Assembly (NCBI GenBank): GCA_951406725.2
Contig: OX597825.1
Location: 744,001 to 808,000 of the forward strand
DNA length: 64,000 nt
Source: Octopus vulgaris
Lineage: Eukaryota
Direction: 5' to 3'
Shown here: in pieces, positions 26,314 through 40,260 of the stretch
Numbering within the stretch: the stretch's first letter is position 1
How the letters are laid out: every line of letters begins with the position of its first letter
Notes under the pieces: model-generated
Seen by the model: only the letters and a program-made list of their open reading frames with translations
Databases searched by the model: none
What the model was told of the DNA's origin: nothing
Made by a program: the position numbers and the translations under genes

Positions 26314-28453
26314 AGGCAAAGTTGACTTTGACCAAATTTGAACATAGAATCTAAAGAACCAGAACAGACAACACCTTGAGCATTTGATCTGATGTTCAAA
26401 TGGTTCTACCATTTAATTTATCTTACAACTGTATGTATTACTTTGTTTGGCAACAGGTGTAGGTTGGCAACCAGAATAACAGCTGGAAGCATCGGAAACT
26501 GGATTTCAAAACAATGATGATAATATATTTGCTTTCAAAGTTTTAGTCAGAAAAAGAAGAGCTGTGTCTATTGAGAGTTCCTGAAACTGGTGGGAAGAAG
26601 GTAGGAAATTATCCTTAGAGCAGAAACATGACCCAAAATGCTTGCAACAAAATGGACTCAATCTGATTCTCCTTATTCCTGGAGAGCAGAATGCTAAAAG
26701 AAGATAATGGCAACAGAAGTAATCTATTGATGTTGGTTGTAAGGAGTATGATTAATTTATTTGGAAAAACATGCGTAATCTTGTTGATTAAATGTATAAT
26801 CTTGTTGATTAAATGTCTAAAATGAGTTGTTGATATTATGATCCTAATTTTTTATTTTATTAACCTCAGCTTTATAGAATATATTTTCAACATTTATACC
26901 TACACTATGTTGCAAACAACTTAATCTGCAGCCATCTTATTTCAGAATATATAAATGGTTTTGGACCAAATTTGGAATAAGATGCTTATTTCTGAATTAA
27001 GCGTTCCAATGTCTTCATATACTATGCCATTGCTTCCTGTACAAGTTCATACTTCTTAGTTTAAATCCAGCAGATATCCAAGAACTGAAGGACCTAATGA
27101 TGACTAGGGATCAAGCTAATTGAAACAGAGTGCAGAAGTAGACATATTATAAAAGTACTTTTTGAGATATTTCATAGATAATAATATAAGGGTGTATAAT
27201 GAAAGAGAAGCAGAATAGAACAATTACCAGGGTAGTTAAACATGGCACAAGGACAGCTGGGTGGGAAGGAATCTGCTTCCCAACCATATGGTTTTGGGTT
27301 TAGTGCCATTATATGGCACCTCTGGCAAGTATCTTCTAGTATAAACCAAGGTCTTGAGAGTGGATTTGGTAGACAGAAACCTGTCGTATGTGTGCGTGTG
27401 TGCGTGCATGCGTGTGTGTGTGTTTTCCTCCTGCCATTGCTTGACAGCCAATATTGGTTTGTTTACATGACTTTGTCGTTCAGCAGAAAGAGACTGATAG
27501 AATACCAGGTTTTAAAAATGAAGTACAGGGGTCGATTCATTTGATTAAAACCCTTGAAGATGGTGCCCCAGTATGGCTGAAGTCCAATGACAGAACCAAG
27601 AGAAAAGTGAAAAATGAACAATGGCTTGACATTGTGAAGAAGAAGAAGGATAGCAAAGTGTTTCTTTCTCTACGCAGATCCCTCATTATTCTCTAAGCTT
27701 GGACACAAGATGGGAAGCTGTGCAGGGGAGGTTTCTCTGCTCTTAATTAAAACACCTGACTGAAGCCAATTTTGCTTTCATCCCTTTTGGTCAATAAAGC
27801 ATCAATCAAGGACTGAAGTTAACTTTACCCCCCACCCCCTCTCATGCACCCCCCCTATCTCTCTCTCTTTCTCTCTGTCACATACACACAGTTTCCCTTT
27901 CTTTTCAATCTCTCTTCATGTCCCTCTTTAAATAGGATATATGAAGAGAAACAAGACTATTCACATCTTGATGGTACCAATTCTTTAACCTCTAGTCTGT
28001 GGACTCAATAAAAAAGCAAAACAAGCTGACCACCACCACCAAGATTATTCAGTGCATTGCTCCATTTTTTAAGATGGCAGAATGTGATTTGAGAAAAGTT
28101 TACTTGCTATTTCTAGCAGCTTGAGTAATGGTATGCAGGCTGTGTGATTTGTAGTGATGTAATTGTTCAGTCCCAGCTCAGCTCTGATCAAGTGGATCTA
28201 TTAAAGGCATTTCCTCTCTGACCATCTCATATTTCTTCCAGTAATAATGTGCCCAGAACCTTATTATCTAAGATGTTCTTCATTTCAGGATGGTTTTTTT
28301 TCCTCATTTTTTTTTCAAAGATGGTTGGTTGTAATTTGAAAGAGATTTGAGATTTGGCCACTATTTCTATCAGGTCACGTGATCACTTTGACACTGTGTT
28401 CTTGGCTCATAATGAGAATTGTTTTGATGGAATGGGATAAAAATGATGCAAAT

Positions 28454-28568
<115 letters not shown>

Positions 28569-29539
28569 AAACACACCCACCCACAAAATCAAGGAAGTTA
28601 AGCACTAATTCTCGTTCTTGCAGAGCTGGAAAAAGCTTTAAGGACAAATTATATCAAGTTGCACAGAGATGAGGTAGCTAAGTCATCATTATGAAGAATA
28701 TGTGAGAAGAAATAAAAATGTAGCAGATTTGCTAAGTGAATGCTGTAAAGTGGTTGAGAGAGAATCTAAAAGAAGACGTAATAATGTTGTGCAGATTTGT
28801 CCATTGAGAATTTTGTGGTCAGGATAATTTGAAAGAACAAGAAAGTGGTTAGAGCATCTGGCTTTTGGATATAATTGAGTCTAAATGTATCAATATATAC
28901 ACTTTTATTTCATTTCTGTATCCTAATACAGCTTTATGGTAGAGACAAGTTGACCAAATACAACTGTAGTTGACAATCAGTTAAGAGCAGGTAAAATTCA
29001 TCAATTTAATAAAATTCAGGAATGCTAGAATTGGATTTCAAGAAAAATCTAAAAAAAAAATCTAGAAATATCAGGACTTCAAATAAGACATTTCACATAT
29101 ATATTCACTAAAGAAGATAAATGCAATTCCAGTAATGTTAGGCTCCCAAGGAATGGTATATTAGAGAGTTGCTGAAGTATGGAGCACTTTGGGAAAATAT
29201 TTTATTGAGAATAGATAAACTATTGCAAAAAGTATTAGGAGAAGATCTTCGGTAAAATGTGAGATGAAATGGGAAGGAAAGAAATGGAATCCAATTGCAG
29301 ACCCCCTCCTTTTAGAGTAACAGTTTCCATAAAACTGAGCAAAGAAACAATGACGCCGCCAACGCCGCCGACGCCAATGAGGTCCTTGTTGTGACTTGGC
29401 AAACAGTACAAACCCTCAGTAGATAGAATATCTTCTATCAACAACCTCACGATATTGTATGCTGTGCAACATCAATAATAATAATGATGATGATGATAAT
29501 AATATCATCATCATCATCATGTTTGCCACTGATGCGGAA

Positions 29540-29998
29540 ACTGATATAAATATACAGTGCGACCAAGTCATACAGGTGAGAAGGCCAGATATCATGATCA
29601 TCCATAACGATGAAAAAGAAGTAAAGATAATAGATGTTGCAATACCAGGTGATTCGCAGGTGAAATGTAAGGAAACAGAAAAGTGTGAGAAATAGCAGCC
29701 ACTGCGGGACGAGATGGGTAAGTTATGGGGCATGAGGAAAGTAATGGTGATGCCAGTGGTAATTGGAGAATTAAGAGCAGTTTCTAAGGACTTTGAAAAA
29801 TATATTAAGAATATTGGAGCTGCTGACAGGCTCAGAGTGATCCAGAAGACAGCATTGTTGGGTACAATTCGCATTCTAAGGAGAGTATTGTCTCTGAGTC
29901 ACAGGAGAAGGCACCACTTGAAACCTTTGGTGATTTGTTATTGTCTGCTTTTAAGTAAAGAACAACCAGTCATTAAGAACTATCCGAGAGTCTTCCAG

Positions 29999-30052
<54 letters not shown>

Positions 30053-30055
30053 AAC

Positions 30056-30087
<32 letters not shown>
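29540..30087 (+). mobile_element. 5'-truncated Dong/R4-clade LINE (restriction-like endonuclease) with (CAA)n(TAA)n tail
   Basis: RRPDIMII...IIDVAIPGD...KETEKCEK*QPL...PVVIGELRAV...IQKTALLGTIRILRRVL. Confidence 0.88.
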
Positions 30088-30090
<3 letters not shown>

Positions 30091-30649
30091 TAAATGCCCT
30101 GATGCAGTACCAGGCAGTGGTTCTCATGGCTTCTGATCTTAACTGGTTGGAAGTGTTATCATGTACATTGTTTTGTCTTGGTATAAAAGATGGGCTACAG
30201 CAAATATTCTGCCCAATACCACAGATTTGCTTGTCAGTTGTTTGACCATAACCAGTTGAGCAAGTCCCTTAGTGGCTGATGATATGTGCATCTCTGATCA
30301 CGAGCAGAAGTAGTGGAGGAGCATCATAGCCATGTGTTGAGAGGGATTCTTTGGGGTTTGAATGATTCACCTCTGGAAACATGGGTGTTTCGTTCAACAT
30401 CCTTAAACAACCCTTATTCAGGGACCTTTTGAGTGGGTTGGATTACTTGACCAGAAGAAAATTCTAACTGGGCCCCACCTGCAAGGTCATGCGCTGTTTA
30501 TCTTGATATGAGATCACCATGTCGTGCACATATGGCTGTGATGCATGTGCCTGGTGTACCCTTATCAGATGGGTAGTCATGATGGGTATACTGGGCTTTG
30601 TATATTTTACCCCAGTGTCACTTTGATGGCATGCACTGCTCTCTCACTC

Positions 30650-30650
<1 letters not shown>
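30088..30650. repeat. Unclassified ~560-bp sequence embedded between (AAT)n tracts
   Basis: Higher-complexity non-coding block bounded on both sides by (AAT)n, like the neighbouring Dong/R4 insertions. Confidence 0.5.
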
Positions 30651-30701
<51 letters not shown>

Positions 30702-30703
<2 letters not shown>

Positions 30704-31800
30704 CCTTTCTACTATAGGCAAAAGGTCTGAAATTTTGCAGGAGGGGGCTAGTTAATTATATTGAGCCCAATGCTTAATCGATACATATTTTGTGAACCCC
30801 AAAAGGATGAAAAGCAAAGCTAACCACAGTGTAATTTGAGCCCAGAACATTAAAGACTGTCGAAATACCCCTAAGCATCTTGTTTGACATGCTAATGGTT
30901 CTTCTGCCAGCTTGACACCTCAATAATAATGATTTCAAAGTTTGGTTTAAGGCCAGTAATTTCAAGGGGGAGGGCAAGTTGATTATATCAACCCCAGCGC
31001 TCAACTTGTACTTATTTTATCAACTCTGAAAGTATGAAACGCAAAGTTGACCTCGATGGAATTTGAGCTCAGAATGTAAAGATAGATGGAACAGTGCTAA
31101 GCATAGCTTTCCACCTGAATAATCCTTTCTACTAAAGGTACAAGGTTTGAGATTTTGGGGGAGCGGACTAGTTGATTACATCACTGGTACTTAATTTATT
31201 GACCCTGAAAGGATGGAAGACAAAGTCGACCTCGGAAGAATTTGAACTCAGACTGTCAAAATGGACAAAATACTGCTAAGCATTTTGCCCAGCATGCTAA
31301 CAATTCTGCCATCCTGCCGCCTTAACTTGCCACCTTAATAATTGATGATGGTGATGATGATAATGATTACTATAGGTACATGGTGTAATATTTTGGAGGA
31401 GGAGTCTAGTCAATTATATTGACCCCCCAGAGCTGAAGTGGTGTTTATCTTATCAACTTTGAAAAGATGAAAGGTAAAGTCATTCTTGGCTTAAGAAATA
31501 CCACAAAGCATTTTGTCAGGTGTGCTAACAATTCTGCCAGCATTTTGTCAGGTGTGCTAACAATTCTGCCAGCTTGTCATCTTAATGGTTTCAGATTTTG
31601 GCACAAGGCCAGCAATTTCAAGGGAGGTGGGTTAGTCAGTTACGTTGGCTCCCTAGTTCTTAGCTGGTACTATATTTTAGTGACCCCAAAAAGACAAAAG
31701 GTAAAGTCAACCTCAGTGGAATTTGAACTCATAATGTAAAGAGCTGGAGGAAATGCCACTAAGTATTTCGTCTCAAGTGATAATGATTCTGCTAGGTCAG
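30702..31800 (-). mobile_element. Tandem cluster of about five Nin/Deu-domain SINEs
   Basis: Repeated rc motifs gaatttgaactcagaa, aaagtcgacctcgg and ggtacttaatttat. Copies start near 30702, 30928, 31120, 31365 and 31586. Confidence 0.8.
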
Positions 31801-31821
31801 AACAATAACAACAATAATAAG

Positions 31822-31898
<77 letters not shown>

Positions 31899-31899
<1 letters not shown>

Positions 31900-33008
31900 C
31901 GAGGCCTGATCCAGTTTGAACTAGCTTACAAAACAACCACAATTGGACTGGCCAAATATCTTGAAATAACAAATGACTGGATGCTAAAGCTTGTGGAAAA
32001 TCATGAGAGACGAAAGAAGCTTCATTCTATCATAAAGGAAAGCAAAAAATTTGCTATTGATCTCGTGCAGGATACCCAAACTGAACAACCCGAGGGAAGT
32101 ACGGCAACTATTGTTGCAAAGAAGGTGAAAATAATGGCAATGAAAAAAGCGCACGAGCAATTGGCTGATAGGTGGGAGGAGAAACCTCTGCACGGCAAAT
32201 ATGTGGCTGGCTGCTGAAGATCAAAGCCTATTAACCCGGAACTACCAGGCCAATGTGATGAAAAATGGAGCAGACCCCAAATGCTGATTCTGCAACGACA
32301 TGATTGAAACAGTGGACCACCTAATCTCTGGATGTAAAGTCTTAGCACCAGTGGAGTATAAATTAAGACATGACAGAGTTGGCCAATATCTACACTGGCT
32401 AATAAGTCGGCATTGCAATATCAAAACTGCTGACAAGTGGTATAATCACCACCCTGAAGCTGTAACTGAAGGAGAAAATGTAACGATTCTGTGGGACTTT
32501 CCAGTACATACAGACCGAACCATCAAAGCCAATAAACCAGATATTGTTGTGAAAGACCAAAACAATAAAGTTTGCTTATTGATCAACATGAGCATCCCCT
32601 GTGATCATAATATCTCGGTGAAAGAGTTTGACAAGCTCAGAAAATATAAAGACCTGCACATTGAAATTGAGAAAATGTGGCATCTCAAGGTGGTTACAGT
32701 ACCAGTGATCGTAGGAGCACTAGGAATGATCAAGAAGGGAACCGAAAATTATATGAGAATGATCCCTGGCTTACCATCCCTGCAAGAAGTGCAAAACATT
32801 GTCTTAACTGGTACATCACATGTATTGAGAAGAGCATTGTCGATGTGAGAATTATTACTACCCATGTATTTTAATTTAACTTTATTTCTATCAAAAAAAA
32901 AAATGAACGAACTAGTGAGTTTAGTTTAATGGCCTACCAATGTATACTATGAGTTTCTTTGCCCTAGGAGTCAGGAAGACACTTGGCAAGAAATGGAAGC
33001 AAATTTGA

Positions 33009-33010
<2 letters not shown>
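31899..33010 (+). mobile_element. 5'-truncated Dong/R4-clade LINE inserted in (AAT)n
   Basis: RGLIQFELAYK...WEEKPLHGKY; CCHC-type C*FC..ETVDHLISGC..Y..RHD; ILWDF..NKPDIVV; VPVIVGALG. (AAT)n on both sides. Confidence 0.92.
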
Positions 33011-33253
<243 letters not shown>

Positions 33254-35627
33254 CTGAAAGCCAAATATCTGTCAGAAAATGAAACAGAACACTTGAAAAA
33301 AAAAGAATACACAATGGAAACACAAGTTACAAAACAGAAAACAAACAAGAAAAATAATAAACATTTAAGACATAAATCATGAAGACAGAACTAGAACACA
33401 GAAAACAAAGAAATAACACAAATTCTAAAACCTATATAAAAACTGACCAACAAAAATGAGATCGAACAGCACCAACAATAATATGCATAAAAGAGAATAA
33501 AAAGAAAGAGGTTTACGAATATAGAGCAGCCAGCGTAAATTAGAAAGGTAATTGGGTACTAAAGTCATACAACAAAATCCAAATCAAAACAAACAACATG
33601 GAAAATAAACAAACAGAAAAGAATTAAGAGGAAAAAAGAGAGAAAGAAGACAACAGAAATACAACAATGAAAGAATGAAACCCCACAAAAAAAAAAAAAG
33701 GATAAATAAAGCTTAAAAAATTGCTAAATCACAAAGAATCTGGTAGTTTGAAAAGTGGCAGTGATTCTTTGAACAGTTAGAATCCAGTTCCAAACAAGTT
33801 TATCAAGAATTAGGTAAAAACAAAATGGAAATCAGCACAACACAAATGGCAAACGAAATCAAGGAATTTTAGAAAGATAGATTTATGGAGAGTGAAGTAA
33901 TTGTGACAGAGAAAGGATTTACTCAAATAACAAATATTATCTGAACAATTGTTGATGGGATATAACAATACAAGAGGTACCTCAACCACTACAAACAACT
34001 GGAAGGCACCAGGACATGATAAGATCCCAAACATCTGGGTAAAATATTTAACAGGAACATAGGTGTAGGCATGGTAGTAGAGTTGAGAAGCATGCTCAAT
34101 AGCAGTGTGCAGAACCTTGGACAAGTGTCTTCTAATATGTCCCTAGGCTGACCAAAGCCTTGTGAGTGGTTTCATGGTTGTAAATTTGAATGAAGCTAAA
34201 TTGTGTGTGTGTGTGCGTGCGCTTGCCTTGATGGTTGTAAATGTGCATCGTACAAGTAATATTGTTCATTTCTAGTTTTCTGTATGAAACATATCTGGCT
34301 TTGGAAACAGGTCAGGATTGGCAACAGGAAAGGCATCCAGCTGTTGGGAATCTGCTTCAACAAATTCTGTCTCATTCGCAAGTATGGAAAAGTGGACATT
34401 AAATGATGATGATGTGAGATATGAGCAGAGATACTTAATAAGATACTGACGAAGCTGTAAAAATACCGAATTGGCTCAGTGAAGTAAAAAATAAAAAAAG
34501 ACAAAAGCAAAAAAAAAAACGTTAACCTTTTTTTTTTACTATATATCTGTTGAAATACATTATTGTTGCTTTAATTCAATTTTATAAATTAGTAAAATAC
34601 CTTGTCATTATGAAGGTGGTATTTGAAACATAACATGACATTTTAATGGAAGGTTTTGAAGTGCACTTTCTGTGCATCCTGCAGCCAGGAGCAGCATCAG
34701 GTGAGTTGGTATGAAAAGGGTTAATTTGTAAAACTAAGAGAAACAATAGAATCTAAAACTTACAGACCTATAAGCTATCATTCTACTACTTACAAAGCTT
34801 TAACTGAAATAATATCAAAGAGAATAACTAAAAATCTAGCAAAGAAAAACTAACCAAAAAGAAATCCAACTCGTTTCTGAAAGAGCAGAAAGGTTGTTGC
34901 AAAGATTCATATGGCTGTCAAAAGCAATTACTGATCAACTGTAGGTTTTGTTACATTTTATATGGTTGCAAGCACAACAAAATATATAAAAAAAATTGGT
35001 TTCTCATTTTCAAAATAGCAAACAAGTACAAAAGAGAGGCTGAAATAATATAAGTAGTTGTGAGGAGAAAGGAAAAAGAGCAGCAGAAGTTGTGAAAAAC
35101 TTAAGTTAGGAAAATGGTCCGTAGAATGTTATGCTTAGGTGATAGCAAAAAAAGCCCCTAGATGAGTTATGCCTGAGAAGAGAAACTGAACAAGGAGGAA
35201 ATAAACAAAGAGAAATCATAATACTGATTAAGAAGGATTCAAAGTTAAAACTGAAAGATTCTTTATTCTCTTGGAGTTAGGCTGGCATAATGAAACAGCA
35301 GCAGAAAAGAGGTGGAATGAGTCTGAAAGAATGACAAAGCAACCATACTTTGGGATATGCCAATCCATTCAGGCAGGAAGAACAAGAATAATTGGCCAGA
35401 TATTGCTATCAATGACAATTAGGAAAGAAAGTACCCCCTAATGGAAGTGTTACCTGAACAAATAATAATGTATCTCTAAAAAAGATGGAGAAATTATGCA
35501 AACATTGATATCTGAAAATAGAGAACATCAGAAGATGAAAACTGTAATAAGTTTTATATTGAAGAGATGAGGAATTATTTACATTATTTACAATTGATGG
35601 ATATTTGTCCTCATCTTGTTCATTGTT

Positions 35628-35673
35628 AACACAATGTTTTGCCTGATATACCCTCCAGCCTTCATCAGATGTC
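35628..35673 (-). ncRNA. Type-I hammerhead ribozyme (family A, GAAA mutated)
   Basis: rc: GACAT CTGATGA aggctg gagggtatat caggc AAAA catt GTGTT. Confidence 0.65.
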
Positions 35674-36308
35674 TTGGGGGAAATTTCGAACCTGGGCTCT
35701 CATTCCTAAGGTATTTTTCAATGTTGTTATTATTATTATTATTATTGTTATTATTATTGTTATTATTATTATTATAACTATTATTATTATTCAGGTCACT
35801 GCCTGGAATCGAACTCAGAATCTTGGGGTTAGTAGCCCGTGCTCTTAACCACTAAGCCAATTCACCTGACACTGCTCCTGGTTGTATGATGCACAGATCT
35901 TGTTTTAAAGTATGCTTTAAAAACCTTCCATTAAAATTTCATGTTATGTTTCAAATAACCACCTTCATAATGACAAGGTATTTTAATAATTTATAAAATT
36001 GAATTAAAACAACTATAATGTATATCAACAGATATATAGTAAAAAAAAAAGGTTAACACTTTTTTTTACTTTTGTCTTTTTTTTATTTTTTACTTCACTG
36101 AGCCAATTAGGTATTTTTACAGCTTCGTCAGTATCTTTCATCATCACTTAATGTCCACTTTTCCATGAGCCCATGGGCATATGGTGTAGTGGTTAAGAGC
36201 GCGGGCTACTAACCCCAAGATTCTGAGTTTGATTCCAAGCAGTGACCTGAATAATAATAACATCAAAAATACCTTAGGAATGAGAACCCAGATTCAAAAT
36301 TTCCCCAA

Positions 36309-36350
36309 GACACCTGATGAAGGGTGGAGGGTAAATCAGCCGAAACGTTG
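36309..36350 (+). ncRNA. Type-I hammerhead ribozyme (family A)
   Basis: GACAC CTGATGA agggtg..cagcc GAAA CGTT G. The 3' strand of stem I is lost by deletion. Confidence 0.7.
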
Positions 36351-37999
36351 ATCAGCTGTCAATTGCAAATAATGTAAATAATGAAAACTGTAAACAAAAC
36401 AACCTGTATACATGCTTTTGGAAGGATCAAAAAACATGCAGACAAATATATAAGCAAAACCAAAGGATTTACTAATGTGCACAACATTAGTACTACTAGA
36501 CACCACACACATGGTACTGTTAATATAATAGAAATTACAAAACCAAAACAAGTCACTACACGTAGCCAAGGCATAGTGTTGTATTGAATAGTACACTGAA
36601 AGCACGTAATAAAAATAAGAGTACCGAATAATAATAATAATAATGATAATAATAATAATAATAATAATAATAATATGAAGGAATAATTATAAGAAATTAC
36701 AAGGAGGAACATAACATCATGTGATGTTCTTGAAAGTTAGTCCAGTTATATCTGAACAATTAATGCCTTATTTTCACTGGAAATCAAATACACATTTCAT
36801 GTAAGAAAAAAAGGGACTAGAAGGGGTCAGATAATGAACTGGATAGGAAATGTGAAACTAAGAAAAGAAGTTGAGGGTCATCTGCTCATTGTTATTTCTC
36901 ATGCCACACCAATTCACACATCTTATTTGAGCTCAGCTTCAGTCCCACTCTGTGGGAAGTTGGGCAAATGTCTTCTACTAAAGCCCTAAGCTGACCAAAG
37001 TGTTGCAAGTGAATTTAGTAGACAGAAACTGAAAAAAGCTAATTGTATATCTGTGTTTGTGTGTGTTTGTGTGTATTTGTCTTGACATCACATGAAGTTG
37101 TAAATAAATGTTATCCTCATACAAGCAGTGCCCTTCATTTCCAATCTTCATCAAAAAACATTATTCAATCAAAGGAAAATATTAGCTTGCTTGGAAACAG
37201 GTGAAGGTTGGTGACAGGAAGGGCATCCAGCTGTGGAAAATCTGCCTCAGGGAATTCCACTTGACCAAAGCAAGCATGGAAATGGGGGATATTAAAACGA
37301 TGGTGATAATGATGATGAGTCTGTATAATTTGTTGTACAACACCAAAAACTGAGGAAGATAAATGTCAAAACTAGAAATGCCTCATTATGCATAATATTC
37401 ATTACACATAAATATTACCATCCTTCATTATATCTAATATTTGCCATCCTTCAATGGACATCCTTCACAGTCTATTTTGCCAAGAATTGAAGATGGCAGC
37501 GAATAATCTCAGGCATAAATAAATATAAAGTAACAACAAGTGGCTTAGAAAGAGACAACCAATAATTGGATTCTTTAACTATTTTTCTTGTTTTTCTTTT
37601 TCTGTGGTACAACATTAAGTAAACATCTTTTGTTAGCAACCGGCTGAAGTAAGCTAGGAATTGACATTGTAAATATCTCTGAACAAATGAATACAGTCAA
37701 TATTGTTTAGCCCAAGGCTGGCCCTCACTGAACAAACCTATGATCAAAAGAGTTCCAATTACAATCATCTTATGTTATTTTTAAGAACTACATTATCCGA
37801 TGTGCATTTTCCTTTCAAGCTGATAGAACTTAAAGATTTGACAACTAGTTGTAGTAAATAAATTTCTCTGGGTATATATTAATAAAAAACATGAACTCAT
37901 ATGATACTGTTACAAGAAATATATGCTTTTGGCCACTGAATATTTTGGTTGAATGGTAATAATATTATTGTGAGAGTATATACTCTTATAGTCTATATC

Positions 38000-38251
38000 A
38001 GTGTTTCTCACCCCTCTTTTGCTTATGGGTCCCATCGATTCCAATTTCACTATACTGGACCTTCTTACCCATTCAGTGTTTAAGAAAAAACTCCTATTAT
38101 ATTTTTTATAATCAAACATTAACAATTTTTTATGCAATTCCGAATAAAATATTTTGTGTAGAAACATAACCGATTTATTGCACATAAACTTTAACAACAA
38201 AATTTTATTTGGGCTCTCAAAGGTCATACGGACCCTGACTAAGAACCACTG
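38000..38251. mobile_element. hAT-like MITE remnant; a similar element lies at 50831-51254
   Basis: Terminus taagaaccactg (rc CAGTGGTTCTTA). The 50.8-kb element has cagaagttatcaa / tgaagaacaactg ends. Confidence 0.35.
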
Positions 38252-38558
38252 GTCAATATGGAAACTTATTAACCCTAATCTACATCAAGAAATCTATCAT
38301 GAGCATCATGGTCATCATTTTACATTAACTTCTCCATGTTTACATGTCTCAGATGGAGTTTGTAGAAGCAAATTTTCTATAGCTTGGTGCATTTCTTGTT
38401 GTCAATTCTCACCTGTTTCCAGGTAAGATAATATTTCTCCATGGCCAGGCATGCCTTCACAGAATATTGGAAACAAACGACATCCTTCGTATGATGGTGA
38501 CACTTTGTTTACAACTATCATGTAATGTGAAGACACCAACACACTAACACACACACAC

Positions 38559-38589
<31 letters not shown>

Positions 38590-39099
38590 GCTGCAGATTC
38601 TTTCAGGCTCTGTCTGCCAAATCCCCTCACAAGGTTTTGGTCAGCCAGATGCTATAGAATAAGATATTTGTCCAAGGTGCAACAGTGTGGAACTCGGAAC
38701 CTGAAACCATGTGGTTGTGAAGCAAGCTTCTTAACCATATAACTGTGCCTGTCTCTAACCCATGTAAACAGAAGAGCAAAGAGAGAATACATTATCATCA
38801 CAACTATTGCCAGGGATGTCAGCATTATTTTAACACGTTTCTTTCCCTTTTCCAGGCTGAGCTGAACTAGAAAAGCCTGTCACTCTTCGTTTTTCTGTCA
38901 TTTGGTCTGTGAGATTCATCATCTTGATGTCTGATCTCATGAACTCTGCCCAGATTCTGTTGGTACCTTCCATTGTTCCTATATGAGAGCAATGACTATC
39001 CTGCATGCACACACCCACACACAGACACCCTACATCACGCAAGTGTAATATATTTGTATGTGCATATATCTGTAAGTGTATCCATCTCTCTCTCTATCT

Positions 39100-39133
<34 letters not shown>

Positions 39134-40069
39134 GCCCTTCCCACTTCTTTCTCTGGAATCTCAAATCTGAAGAAGCTTTTGTAGCATGCAGTATGTCTTG
39201 AGAATTTTTAACCTGGTGGCACTTGATCCATTCCAAGTCTCTATCCTCACATATAGGTTTATGTAAATAAAACCAGCATCTTCAGAGGAATGATTGAGTT
39301 TTGTATATATGTGGAATGACATTCGTTGCTTATGTCACCACAGTTCAAGTTTGGATTTCTGCTTTGTTATGCACAGCACAAACAATATTTTGCAGATGTG
39401 AAAGGAAAAGTTATCATCCATACATTAAATGCTTTTCAATTATTTATAGTTAATACACGTATTTTTTAAATATATTTTTCATATAATTATTTGTTTATTT
39501 GATAATTAGTACAAGTTAAGACAAGGACATTTATTCTATTTCCAGTGTGGTGGTATCTCTCAGATACCCTAAATTATAATTTTAATAATAATTATTACCA
39601 TTGAAGGTTTTTATTCCCATGCTGGCCACTTGATACGATTGATATTTAAATTAATGATCTTATCCTTAATTATATAATATATATATATAAGGTGTGCATG
39701 AAATTCAGACATCACTAAATATATCCCCAGTAGTTATGTATTTTTGATAACATAATAGGTTAGATAGGATGATGTCTAGATTACAATATTACAATAACCA
39801 ATGATATGTTGGGCATCTATAGTAATATTACGATCACGAAATTAGCATTAGCTTATCTCACTCTGTCTAGGGTTCCAGAGAACCCTGGCTGAGAAATGCT
39901 GCTTTAGAGTATCTAAATCATGGAGTCTGCAGCTAATATGGAAAATGTGGATCAGAGATTTTTTAAAATGGAAACTCATACATCATAGGATGCCAGCCGC
40001 ATGTGTTGCATGTGATGTAATGAATTAAAAAAACAAAACAAAACAAACAACAAAAGTAATGTTAACACC

Positions 40070-40260
40070 TGCACCAGGTGAGCTCTACATTAACGCCAGA
40101 TAAGCAGTTGGCGATACAGCTTTGTAGCTTGAGATCACATTGTCAACTAATGGATCTCTAAGGCTGAGATTTAATCCACAAATTCAAAAAGCTTGTACAG
40201 CCTTAAGTAAGTTAGTAAAGTAGGACGCAGTTAGACAACAGCATCAGTATCAAGTCAGTG
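40070..40260 (+). pseudogene. Ancient RTE-LINE ORF remnant; another RTE C-terminal remnant at ~38890-39000 (-)
   Basis: With frameshifts: TLSTNGSL.AEI..IQKACTALSKL. At 38.9 kb: WAEFMRSDIKMMNLTDQMTEKR. Confidence 0.5.

Larger units (their letters stand above)
35548..36380. mobile_element. Composite 1: head-to-head inverted pair of tRNA-headed hammerhead elements (family A) with 13-bp TSD
   Basis: Arms 35549-35859 (-) and 36175-36380 (+). TSD atgaaaactgtaa at 35535-35547 and 36381-36393. Confidence 0.88.
33750..36630 (+). mobile_element. Old fragmented Dong/R4 LINE interrupted by SINEs, a MITE and the hammerhead composite
   Basis: NWKAPGHDKIPNIWVKYL (~34000), YRPIS..TTYKALT..EQKGCCKDSYGCQKQLLIN (34760-34940), WPDIAI (~35395), AFGRIKKHADKYISK (36410-36460), then an (AAT)n tail. 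Confidence 0.7.

Noticed and set aside
36175-36250. Functional tRNA genes (also 4886, 44949, 57492)
   Set aside because: Cloverleaves are incomplete and embedded in repeats, so they are SINE heads or pseudogenes.
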